A stretch of 63,110 bases of DNA, counting the filler, from Kipferlia bialata (Eukaryota), in assembly GCA_003568945.1 (NCBI GenBank). It is 8 parts of 8 records of this genome, joined end to end, with 100 filler letters (N's around TTAATTAATTAA, not from the genome) between each part and the next. Parts side by side here need not be neighbours in the genome. Positions count along the whole stretch, not along the records: positions 32,356 to 43,032 come from BDIP01001373.1; positions 43,133 to 53,808 come from BDIP01001374.1; 6 more parts are not named here. One strand, 5' to 3'. The first letter of the stretch is position 1, and the number at the start of each line of letters is the position of its first letter. A program made the translations under genes and the position numbers. Below are positions 39,424-49,668 of this stretch, piece by piece. The notes under the pieces were generated by a model. That model made no database searches. It had not been told where the DNA came from and saw only the letters and a program-made list of their open reading frames with translations.

Positions 39424-39815
39424 TTACAGGTTGTCCTCGAAGAGAGGCACACGGCGACGGGCCCTGCCGGGGTACCTGGGCTTGGTCTCAGTCCGGCCCC
39501 TGGAGACAGGCCGGCGCTTGAGGCTGGGCACTCTAGCCTGGGCCTCAGACTCAGACTCAGACTCACTGTCACTGTCACTCTCACTCTCCTCAGCCTCTGA
39601 CTCTGACTGTGGTTGGGGCTTTGTCTTGCCTCTGGAGCCACGTGTCAGAACGACTGTCCTGCGCCTCCTGCCCTTCTGCACAGGCACCACGTCCTCACTC
39701 TCTTCCTCGCTCTCCTCTTCACTGGAGGACTCAGGCGCCACTGCCCTCCTTGGCCTACCGGGGCCTCTCCTCTTAGGGGTGGGCTGCCTGCGAGTGGGTC
39801 TCACCTCCTCCTCCT

Positions 39816-39849
<34 letters not shown>

Positions 39850-41447
39850 CTCCACTGGGGCGGGTGCCTTCTTCTGTCCCCTCTTCTGCCCCCTCTTGGG
39901 TCTGCCTCTCCCTCTCTTGACAGGCAGGGTTGGGACTCTGTCCTCACTCTCACTCTCCTCACTCTCCTCACTCTCCTCCTGATCCACCTTCCTCTTCCTC
40001 TGCACTGCCTTGCTAGGCCTGCCAGACCTCTTCCTCACAGGCACGCTCTCCTCCTCACTGCTCTCACTGCTCTCACTCTCACTCTCACTGCCACTCTCCT
40101 CGTCAGAGAGCCAGACGGTGTATGTCTTGTGGTGCACCATCCTTCTGACTGTGCTCCTCTTGGGGTACCTGGCGTTGTGCTCCCTCACACCATCTGCAGT
40201 GATGGCCTTACCCCTCCTGGGGGTCAGAGGCAGACACACAGAGAGATAGAGTATATGTAGCACTCCATGTGTGTATATATGTGGATCATACCTGGGTAGC
40301 ACCTCGCTCTCCTCGCTCTCCTCGCTCTCCTCATCCTCTGCCACATCGTACTCAGACCCAGAGGCGCCCTCTCCCTCCCCCTCTCCCTCAGCCACCTCAA
40401 AGGCATCGTCGTCCTTGGGGGCCTTGGCCTTGGCCCTGGTGCCCCTCCTAGGACGGCCACGCCCACGTGCAACCACTTCCATTTTACTCTTGTTATTTTC
40501 CTTCTCCTCAATGTCTACTACAGAGTCTGCTGCAGAGTCCTCCTCCACCTTCTTCTTGAAGTTGGCAGGGAACACGCCCTTGCGGGAGCCTGCCTTGGCG
40601 AACTTCCCATTGACTCTCCTCTGGCCACTGGGCCCTGCCTTGTCAGTCTTGTCAGCCACCACAACCTCTCCCTCTGCCTCTGCCTCTGCCTCTCCCTCCT
40701 TCTCCGAGGCCTCCTCTCCCTCTCCCAACCTGGGGGATGCCTCCTTGACCTCGGCATCAGTATCAGTATCACCCTCTCCTGTGGCCTTGGCCTCAGTGGG
40801 GGCCACTTCCACCCCCTTGTCCCCCTTCACTGTCTGGGACACCAGGCCCTCCTCATCCTCGGAGGCATGGCCGGCAAGGATCTGGGTGGGCATCGAGTCA
40901 AAGAGAGAGAGAATATCATAGACCACAAGACCCCACTCTCTTACGCTTATGAGTGGACATCTGGACCTCCCATGTGTATATATGCAGACAGGTGTACCTC
41001 CTCCAGCACCGAGTCGTCGAGGCCAGCCGCGTTGCCAGGGCTGGTGGGGGAGCTGGCCCCACTGCCAGAGCTCTCCTCGTCCACAGACACAGAGACAGGG
41101 GCAGCAGCTGCGTCAGAGAGGGGTGTCACTGTGTGTATGGAACATGTCTCACCCTTGTTAGGCACTGGCTTCGGTGCCTGTCCCTGCTTGTCAGCAGAGG
41201 GGTCTACAGTGGAGGGGGTGACAGCACTGGGGGGAGAGGCTGCCGTCTTGTGCTTCTTCTTGTGCTGCTCCTTGGCCTCTGGCTTCCCCTTCCCCTTCCC
41301 CTTGGCCTTCCCCTTAGTCTTGACCCCACTGACATGGGGGACAGGGGGAAGGGGTCCCGCACTTGCAGCCACAGTCTTCTTCTTGCTGGACTTCCCGGGG
41401 GGGGACGCACCCTTTGGCTGTACTTTTGGTGCCTTAATCTTTGGCAT
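39424..41447 (-). CDS. Low-complexity multi-AT-hook chromatin protein with (ES)n acidic tracts
   Basis: Three exons from MPKIKAPK. AT-hook-like cores RGRGRPRR, KRSGRPSK, KRGRGRPKR and RRGPGRPRR alternate with ESESES tracts. Confidence 0.65.
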
Positions 41448-41651
41448 CAGACTGTTCCTGCTGAGAAGGAGTCGAGACAGACAGCAGTGGAGAGATGACA
41501 AGTGCACTGGCCTTGTCAGATGGCCGACAAGTGTGGGAAAGGGGTGTAGAGTCTCATCATGAGCCAAAAAGAGTGAAGCTCAGTGACCGCCTCACTAAGA
41601 ACTTGACCAAAAAGAGCATATATCTCGGTCTAGGACTGTCATCTAGGCAAA

Positions 41652-42938
41652 ATGGACGACCCATCCATCGATGGGATCGCAGAATTGCGCCAGCAGGTCG
41701 GGGCTGCGCTCAATTCGAGCGGAGTGATGTCGCAGATGCGTGCATACATGCGTGCCCACGTGTGGCACGTTTTAGAGGACGAGACACCACAGTTTGACGA
41801 GCCACTCTTCACACCACCCTCCCCTCTTGCTTCTGAGGAGGTTCCTCTTGTTCATCTCGTTGGTACATGGCTTCGGGATGCCGGATTAAGGCGCACTTCC
41901 ACTGTCTTTGATGCAGAGTCCACAGCTATAGTTCCGGAGGATGTGAGCGACGAGGAGCTCCCTGCAGCCTCCCTCCCTGCCCTTCTGCAGCTTGCGGTCC
42001 AGGGAGGCAGTGCTGAGGTGGCTGGAGGTGCTGATGCAGACAGTGAGGAGGGTGAGCAGGGGGGCGAGGCTGCCCACCAGAGAGCCGTTGCAGACGCTGA
42101 AGCAATGGAGAAGCTACGCACTGACCTCACACTGACAGAGAACGACCTGGAGGCTGTTGAGCGGGAACATGAGGCCGATAAGGAGGAGTGGGCCAAGGAG
42201 AGGACCCAGTGGGAGAGTGAGAGGCGGGCTTTGGAGGAGGAGGTCAAGGCCGCCCAGGAGAGGGAGAGGGGGGCAGAGAGGCGCCGGCTGCAGGGAGAGG
42301 ACGAGCTGGCAGAGGTTTCAATGCAGGTATTGAAGTGGTTTCCCTTCAGAATAGTTAATGATGCTTGCATGCCAGTTCTACTACAGTGCATTGTGGTGGT
42401 TGTGGCATGCATATGGATACGCCTATTTCTTCACGCACCCCTTACCATCAGGTCTCCTCTCTGGAGCAGGACCTGCGCAGGGCCAAGGATGGCAGGAGAG
42501 AGGACGAGGCCGAGAGGCAGGAGGTGCGAAATGTGTCTCATAGTGTCTCCTCACCATTATATGTGTGAATATCTACAACCATACCACTCTGCCCCCCCCC
42601 CCCTAGTGTCTGTACCTACCAATCAGGAGAGGGCCAGGGAGATGGATGCCCAGCGTGACAGGGACAGGGACGCAGAGAGGAGGCTGGCAGATGTGGAGAG
42701 AGCGGCAGCAGTCAGAGAGGCCCAGGCCCAACGCGAGATTGAGACTCTGACGTGAGTGGCCTCTATATACGTGCAGTATATATACACCTTATGTTGAATA
42801 CACCTCACCCCAGGCAGCGTGTGGAGCGTCTGACCGCCACTGTGGCTGAGAGGGAGGAGGAGCTGAGGGTGGAGAGAGAGAGGTCCCGCATCGCTGTGCC
42901 TGTGGTGCCTGTGGAGACAGAGCTGATGGAGGGGTCAG
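41652..42938 (+). CDS. LisH-domain centriolar coiled-coil protein (OFD1/FOP/FOR20 family), 3'-partial
   Basis: ELRQQVGAALNSSGVMSQMRAYMRAHV (TOF-like motif), then LisH LVHLVGTWLRDAGLRRTSTVFDAES, then an E/R-rich coiled coil. Confidence 0.75.
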
Positions 42939-42982
42939 GTGGGTGTGGCCAGTGATAGATAGTGAGGGACATTTATACTTAC

Positions 42983-43032
<50 letters not shown>

Positions 43033-43132
43033 NNNNNNNNNNNNNNNNNNNNNNNNNNNNNNNNNNNNNNNNNNNNTTAATTAATTAANNNNNNNNNNNN
43101 NNNNNNNNNNNNNNNNNNNNNNNNNNNNNNNN

Positions 43133-43182
<50 letters not shown>

Positions 43183-44123
43183 GACAGTGAGAGGGGGGGA
43201 AACAGAGAGAAAGATGGGGATGTGACAGGGTAAGAATTGTGCAATCAATACCTAGTTCCGACGCTGCACACACGGTTGCTAGCCTCCAGATCGATAGCGG
43301 CACTCTTGATGGTGTTGATCCTGTTGGTGAGTCAGGAGCCGGCACAGGAGAGAGAGTTTACCAAAATAGAATGTATGTATAGACCCACCTACTGAACCTG
43401 GCGGACTGCCTCTCGATGTCTCTGTCTGAGACAGAGGGCACCTCGAAGTCGTCTGACTCAGCCCCTATGGCCACGTCATGCACTGACACAGGCCTGTCCT
43501 CACTGGGCTCCAGGGGGGCAGATCCCTCTCTCTCATTCAGGGGCTCTGCATATACATCGCACTCCAGGTCGGCCTCCTGGGTCACAACTGGACCCATATC
43601 TGGCAGGGCAGGGGGAGTGGCCTCTGGCTTGAGGGCAGGGGGGGCAGAGACTGGGGTGAGGGGATGGAGGGAGAGAGGCAATGATGACGAGACAGGGATG
43701 TGAATGGTACAATCGCCACCCCACACTTCAGACGCCAGCCATAGGTGGTAAATGTACAAGTAGTACTTGTGTAAAGTGCGTGGGAGTCTCCATCTAGCTG
43801 AATCGAAACTGTCCCCCATTACCGCATTATACCATATATACTATAAGCGTACGACCCTCAGCCAACCCTGGCGAACACACACCTGTCTCAGTCTCTATAG
43901 ATGACACCATATCGCTTATGGGTCCTCTCAGTTAGAATCGGCTGGGTGAGGTTGATCTAGACTGACAAGAAGAGAGAGATGTAGAGTTTCGTCCGAGATC
44001 ACACTCGGTCGGAGAACAGGAGACCAACTCCATTCATTGTGAATGATTCACCTCTCTTGTACATACCTCGAATCAATATTGGGTTGTCGGTCTGACCCTG
44101 ACTCTGAGGCCCTCCAGTGTGGT

Positions 44124-44166
<43 letters not shown>

Positions 44167-44198
44167 CCCCCCCTGGGGGGGGGGGGGGGGGGGGGGGG

Positions 44199-44230
<32 letters not shown>

Positions 44231-44918
44231 CAGCAGGGGGGAGGAGGGGAAATGATATTGTGTGAGGCACCCCGAAGAGAATAGGTGAGGATGTCTATGC
44301 ACAAAGTATATTGTCAAGTCTGATATACAAATGTATACAAAGAGATCTACCCACCTGGGTGGGTACTGGGTAGACAAGGATGGTAGTGGGGTCGGGGACA
44401 ACGTCCTTGGGGTGAACGGGTCCCTCCTGGGTCTCCTCCTTGTGCCTGGCCTAGCATTAGTCAATCATCAATGAATATAGACACATACATAGAGAGGGAG
44501 ATAGATTGACTATATCTAGACTCACGTAGAGTCTTCAGCACAATATCTATCAGGATCTCACTAACTAATGTTCCTCCCCACCTTGGTTATCCTGAGCCTC
44601 TTGCCGTTCAGGGCAATGGGCTCCTTGGAGTGTGCCAGCAGCACATCATCAACATCAGCAGTCAGAGTGAAGGTGATGAAGGCCTTGCCGTTCAGAGTGC
44701 GCTCACGGCGGTTCTGCAGCAGAGCCACCCTCTGTGGGGGGGCAATGGCGCTGAACACCTCCTCCAGCTGCTCCTTGGTGCAGTCATCTGGCAGGCCAGT
44801 CACAAAGATCTGCCTCTGGATGGCATCCTCGCCATCTATGTTGTTGTCCTCGTACTCCCACCTGTGTGTTACTTCAACCAAAGCACATACACTACTACAA
44901 CACCCCATACCTTCCCAT
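43133..44918 (-). CDS. RRM-domain RNA-binding protein, 3'-partial
   Basis: MGR|WEYED..., RNP2 IFVTGL and RNP1 GKAFITF, followed by R/P-rich and acidic exons. Confidence 0.75.
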
Positions 44919-45095
44919 AAGTGATGATGGCAGAGAGATGTGGTCCAGTGTCAGCATAGAGATCGCTCTAAACCCCCATTTTGTTTGTTTGTGAAACCAC
45001 CTACACCCTTTGGTGACAAAAAGACACAAGATGAATCGGCAGGAGCGCTCATACAATACACACTGGAGTTGATAGAACAATACTAGCCACGCGAT

Positions 45096-48000
45096 ATGTC
45101 GGCTCTTGAGCCGGTCCTGTGTCTCCTGGCGGAAAGCCATGGGGATAGGACTCGATGTGTTACGGAGCTGCGGTCCATAATTACACTGCAGATGGCCTGT
45201 ACCACTGGGGATGCCGCCCTGGCTGTGTTGAGGCACAGACATGCCATGAGGGCACTCACACAGTGTGTAACAGGGCCTGTGCAGCCCCTCTCTCTGGCTG
45301 CCAGTGATCTGCTCTTGGTGGCAGTCAACTCTTTGCTGAATTCTGTGGAGAAGGGGCATTTGGACCCCTACGTGCTGTTTGAGCCCTCCGACCACTGCCC
45401 CCTGGCGTCCTGTCTAGCACTGATCAGAGACCTGTTGGAGGATGTGACTGAGACCGTGTCTCTGCCTGAGTCCCACCTGACGCCTCTCTGTGCCGCTGCC
45501 GGTGTGCTTACTGCCAGTGTCAACAGGGCCCCCCAGTGCCACTCCCTCTCTGACAGTGACATCAGTGCGCATGTGGAGGAGTGTCTCTCCCCCTCAGTCC
45601 ACAGGGCGGTGGATGCTCTGTGCCCCCTCGCCCTGACTCGGCTGATCCAGGGAGAGCGCCACATTACGAGTGAGAGTGCGCCTGGGTACCTGTCTGCAGT
45701 GCTCTATGCCTGTGTGCTGTCCGACCTGCACCTGCTGACCCCCAACCCCTCCCCTCCCCCTGGACTGGCTGGGTGGGTGGGTGCCTGCCTCCGGTCCCCT
45801 CTGATCCACCCCCTCCATGGCCTGTCTCCCTTGATGTCTAGGGACCAGGCCACCCTCTCCTCCCAGGCCTCCCCCTCTCTCTTCCTCGCGTGCTACCTCA
45901 GGAGTGCCCTATCAAGGCTGGCCCCTGACCTGATACCCACTCTGTGTGCCGGAGAGGCGGCTGGAGATGTGGTCCAGGCCATAGGGACAGGGGACGGAGA
46001 GAGACTGTCCCGGTGTGCCAGGGAGAGGGTGGTAGATACGGTGGTGGGGGTCAGGCTGGTGTGTGCCGCCTTGTCCGACAGCCAGGAGGGCAGTGCGTCT
46101 GATGATGCCTCTCCCACTCGCACAACCAGTATTGACCGTGCCCCCCTCACCTCTATCCTAGGTAGGGTGGCTGCCACTTCAGATGCAGAGGGCCTGGCCA
46201 GGTTGCTGTGCGAGCACCCTCCTGCGTGTCTGCACCTGCCCTCTGTCCCAGACCCCCTCTCCTCCCCACTGCTCTGTAGACTAGGAGGGTTGGCCTTCTC
46301 CCAGGAGGGATGTGCCCAGGACGGTATCCTGGCCCCCCATGTGAGGAGGAGGGGTGGGTACAACATGGCCCTGAGGCCCATAGGGGACGCCCTGGTGCAG
46401 TCTGTGGCGGCCCTCACCTCTCTCCCCATGCCCCCTGCTTTGTGTGAGGATGCATCTAGACCCCTCCTCCCAGGGGAGTATGCGGTGTATGGGGTGTGCC
46501 CCTCCACCTGTGGCCATGGGTCTGTGGGGGCTGAGGGAGTGTCCAGGCTAGTACAGGCTATGCCCCCTCTCTCTGTCTCGGGGACTGACGGCAAGGAGCT
46601 CATATCGGCCATACCCTGTCTGGTGCTGGAGGCCCTCTCCCACTCATCAAACAGTGGTACTTCCTCCCAGGCTGCCCTGGAGTCCCTCATGAACAGCACA
46701 AAGACACCCAACGTGTCTGCATTCGCTAAGAGACTGTCCCCAATACTGGCCGCAGAGGCTGAGGCGGGGTCTCCACCCAAACCAGTGCTGGACGTCTCCC
46801 ACCTCTCCCCTTCCGCTCCCCCCTCCTCCCGTGTGTCTCTGTGCGACCTAGGCATCGACATTCCCTCTCTATCAGTGGACAGGGATGCTGTTGCCGCCCT
46901 GGGCATTGATGTGGAGCAGTCTGAGCTGGGTACCATGCTGTGTCACCTGTGTAGGGCACTGGAGGCCGGGGAGGGTGATGCAGACGAAGACGTGGATGTA
47001 CTGCTGACCCTGAGACAGGTGGTGGTGAGGCTGGTTGCCCACACCCTCCACACCCAGTACATGGCTCTGCTCAATGACACCACCACCCCTTCCACACCCC
47101 ACACTGCCCACCGTAGACATGCCCTGGAGACAGGCATAGCCCTGTGTCTGCGCTTTGCTGCTCTGTGCGCCCTGGCCCTCCCTGCCTACCAGGCACCCTT
47201 TCTGCAGCCCCTCCTGATGCTGGACACAGAGGCTGTGGCAGGGCTGTGCCTCTCCCCCTCTGCGGCTGTCCGGGGCATGTGTGTGTCTGTGCTCACCGCT
47301 GAGGCAGAGGCTGTTGTGGCCAGAGGCAGGGGAGGTCTCAGCCACGAGGTGCCTGTGCAGGCTGGGGTTGTATCACCTGTGACCCTGCCCCTTGTTAGAC
47401 AGGTGGCACAGGGCAAGGCCAGGGGCTGGGCCTGGCAGGAGACACTGGGCAGCACGGACATGGCTACATTCTACGCGGCACTTCTGGCAGTCGCCCGTTT
47501 CACCCGTTTGTCTGGTGTCTCTGACTGTCCTCGATCCACTGCCACTCTATCTGCCGTCCATGCCCTCTCTCCCTCCACACCCACGGCTATAGACGCCATG
47601 TCTGCCCAGCGGTCCCTCATGCTCTGTCTAGCAGCCTGTTTGTCTGCTGACGATGCTGGGTGCTATGACCCCCAGGCTGCCCTGGAGGTATACAACTGGC
47701 ACCAGTCATACAGCTACAGCGCCATGGAGCCAGGGCCCTCTGCCACTGCGTGTCTGTCCCTGTGTGCTGCTGCCCTCTCTCTCCCCCTCTCCCTCCCCGC
47801 TGTCTCCTCCGTCCCCCACTGTGGCCTGATGGGTGCGGTGCATGACCTGGTGCTAGGCAAGGCAGGCCAGGCAGTGCTGGACGGCACACACACTACCAAC
47901 GTGGTGGCCACGCTCGACTCCGGCCTGATACTAGCCAGGAATGCCCTTCTATGCCTACAGACAGCAGACTCAGAGGCACAGGCCACTAGACCAGACGACG

Positions 48001-49340
48001 TGGAGGGCGGCAGGGCCTACATCCTGCTCTGTAGTGGGGCCCTCCGCACTGTCCTGCACCCCTCTGTCCCACAGGGCATCAGGACCAGGCATGCACGGGG
48101 CCTGTGCTCTGTGCTACTGGCACTGAGAGGGGGCCTTGCTGGTAGGGCAGACGCCCCCATGTCCTCTCTACTAGGAGTGGAGAGAGGCACACCCACAGGC
48201 AGAATGCGCATAGGCCTGTGCGCCACGGCCCATAGATGTCTGCTCCTCCCTGCCTCTGACAGGGCGTCTGAGTGCCAGGAGTGCAGTGCGGCCCTACTTT
48301 CAGGGATAGGATCAGGGTCGGGGGGTTTGACCTCGGGTGCTCTGTATGGGGGAGATGCCGTGCCTGTCTGTCTGGCCATGCTGGCAGTGGGTGCCGTCAG
48401 TGAGGACACACTCTCTCTGTCTGTGCTGGTGTTGAGACACGCCCTTGCCCCATCCTCCTCTCTGCCAGTGCCCATCCCCTCTCTCCTCCCCTCCCTTGCC
48501 CTCGCTCTCTGCCTCCACGGCACTGCCAGACTGGCGTCCCTCCTGGCCTCGGATGCACAGTGCCTGACACGCCTCCTAGCTGTGTGTGCCTCTGTCTCCA
48601 CCCTCTCTGCCCGCCATGCCCTGGTGTGTGGATCCCTGATACAGAGACTGGAGGGTGTGGTGGGGGTGGATGCCCTCTCTGCGTGTGGGGTGGTACATGT
48701 CGTCTCTGGGGTGCTACCCACTCTGGCCAGGGAGGCACACCACAGTGTGGCAGCCACCGACACCTGTGTCTACCTGCTCTCGCTGTGCTCCTCCCTCGGC
48801 CCCACCCCTCTCTCCACAGACACCCTCCTCACCACACTCTCTGCCCTGCCTCCCTCAGAGGGGTCTATACTATTTCCCTCCCTGGCTACCATGCTGCTGG
48901 GAGTGGTCTACTCACAGGACCCCCAGGCCCCTGGGACCGATGCCATTCTGCCTTGCATCCCCCCCATGTGTGCATATCTGGAGAGTCAGGTGCTCACCCT
49001 CCACTCCATCCTGCCGCCCTCCCCTGCCCTATATGCTGCTGTCCCTGCCCTCCTCGCTGCCCTTGTCCCTGTGGTGCCTAGGGCGTCAGAGGGCCTCGGG
49101 TGCTACCGCCGGGTGTGTGAGACATGCGCCGTGTATGTGACCCGGGTGGCAGGGGATGTGAGGACCATGACTGACCCCTACCTGCGGTGCCTCGTCCTAC
49201 TCTGTGGCCAGACTGTCAACAAGATTGGCAGGAGGCAGGGAACAGACGCCCAGGCCATGGGAGACGTCTTCCCACAGTCTGTGAGGCGGTTGCTGAGACC
49301 CATTGTCCATGCCATCAAGGAGGAGACTAAGGGAGAGTGA
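45096..49340 (+). CDS. Intronless 1414-aa unknown protein, probably alpha-solenoid (ARM/HEAT-like)
   Basis: Uninterrupted 4245-nt ORF with host-like codon usage and L/A/C/S-rich amphipathic helices. No recognisable motif. Confidence 0.75.
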   Translation: MSALEPVLCLLAESHGDRTRCVTELRSIITLQMACTTGDAALAVLRHRHAMRALTQCVTGPVQPLSLAASDLLLVAVNSLLNSVEKGHLDPYVLFEPSDHCPLASCLALIRDLLEDVTETVSLPESHLTPLCAAAGVLTASVNRAPQCHSLSDSDISAHVEECLSPSVHRAVDALCPLALTRLIQGERHITSESAPGYLSAVLYACVLSDLHLLTPNPSPPPGLAGWVGACLRSPLIHPLHGLSPLMSRDQATLSSQASPSLFLACYLRSALSRLAPDLIPTLCAGEAAGDVVQAIGTGDGERLSRCARERVVDTVVGVRLVCAALSDSQEGSASDDASPTRTTSIDRAPLTSILGRVAATSDAEGLARLLCEHPPACLHLPSVPDPLSSPLLCRLGGLAFSQEGCAQDGILAPHVRRRGGYNMALRPIGDALVQSVAALTSLPMPPALCEDASRPLLPGEYAVYGVCPSTCGHGSVGAEGVSRLVQAMPPLSVSGTDGKELISAIPCLVLEALSHSSNSGTSSQAALESLMNSTKTPNVSAFAKRLSPILAAEAEAGSPPKPVLDVSHLSPSAPPSSRVSLCDLGIDIPSLSVDRDAVAALGIDVEQSELGTMLCHLCRALEAGEGDADEDVDVLLTLRQVVVRLVAHTLHTQYMALLNDTTTPSTPHTAHRRHALETGIALCLRFAALCALALPAYQAPFLQPLLMLDTEAVAGLCLSPSAAVRGMCVSVLTAEAEAVVARGRGGLSHEVPVQAGVVSPVTLPLVRQVAQGKARGWAWQETLGSTDMATFYAALLAVARFTRLSGVSDCPRSTATLSAVHALSPSTPTAIDAMSAQRSLMLCLAACLSADDAGCYDPQAALEVYNWHQSYSYSAMEPGPSATACLSLCAAALSLPLSLPAVSSVPHCGLMGAVHDLVLGKAGQAVLDGTHTTNVVATLDSGLILARNALLCLQTADSEAQATRPDDVEGGRAYILLCSGALRTVLHPSVPQGIRTRHARGLCSVLLALRGGLAGRADAPMSSLLGVERGTPTGRMRIGLCATAHRCLLLPASDRASECQECSAALLSGIGSGSGGLTSGALYGGDAVPVCLAMLAVGAVSEDTLSLSVLVLRHALAPSSSLPVPIPSLLPSLALALCLHGTARLASLLASDAQCLTRLLAVCASVSTLSARHALVCGSLIQRLEGVVGVDALSACGVVHVVSGVLPTLAREAHHSVAATDTCVYLLSLCSSLGPTPLSTDTLLTTLSALPPSEGSILFPSLATMLLGVVYSQDPQAPGTDAILPCIPPMCAYLESQVLTLHSILPPSPALYAAVPALLAALVPVVPRASEGLGCYRRVCETCAVYVTRVAGDVRTMTDPYLRCLVLLCGQTVNKIGRRQGTDAQAMGDVFPQSVRRLLRPIVHAIKEETKGE

Positions 49341-49668
49341 GCATGTTGGATGGTACCACCCATGTAGGGTTGTTGTTAATGTTGTATATTCATTAATTAT
49401 TGTAGTTGTTTGGTTTGTGTGGTGTGTTTCTTTCTTGGTCTGATGTGGTTGTAATAGATTCAGGCTTCTGCAGGGAATCGAGTAGGAATGGTGATGAGCT
49501 GCGTGCACTATGTCTAAACCCTTGTTTAGCAAAAACGAGGACGCAGGCTGTCCAAGTTGCAATAACGAACAGCTCTTTGGACGCTTCCTTCGCATACGTG
49601 CAGAGAAACTTCGTACTCAGCGGTTTAGGACACTCTAGTGGAGGTCTAGGCTCCAGAGAGAGCCTGAG

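Noticed and set aside
16594..42938. Apparent cluster of ciliary/centriolar genes (IQUB, CFAP20, TOG, LisH)
   Set aside because: They lie on three contigs joined artificially.
42983..43180. Long poly-C/poly-G tracts as functional G-quadruplex elements (also 21268, 32356, 44126, 53760)
   Set aside because: Their lengths are unreliable in short-read assemblies and most sit at contig breaks; no function can be supported.
45893..48763. Long antisense ORFs opposite the 1414-aa gene, SPT5 and the AT-hook gene
   Set aside because: Expected shadows of GC-rich coding sequence, with no independent motifs.
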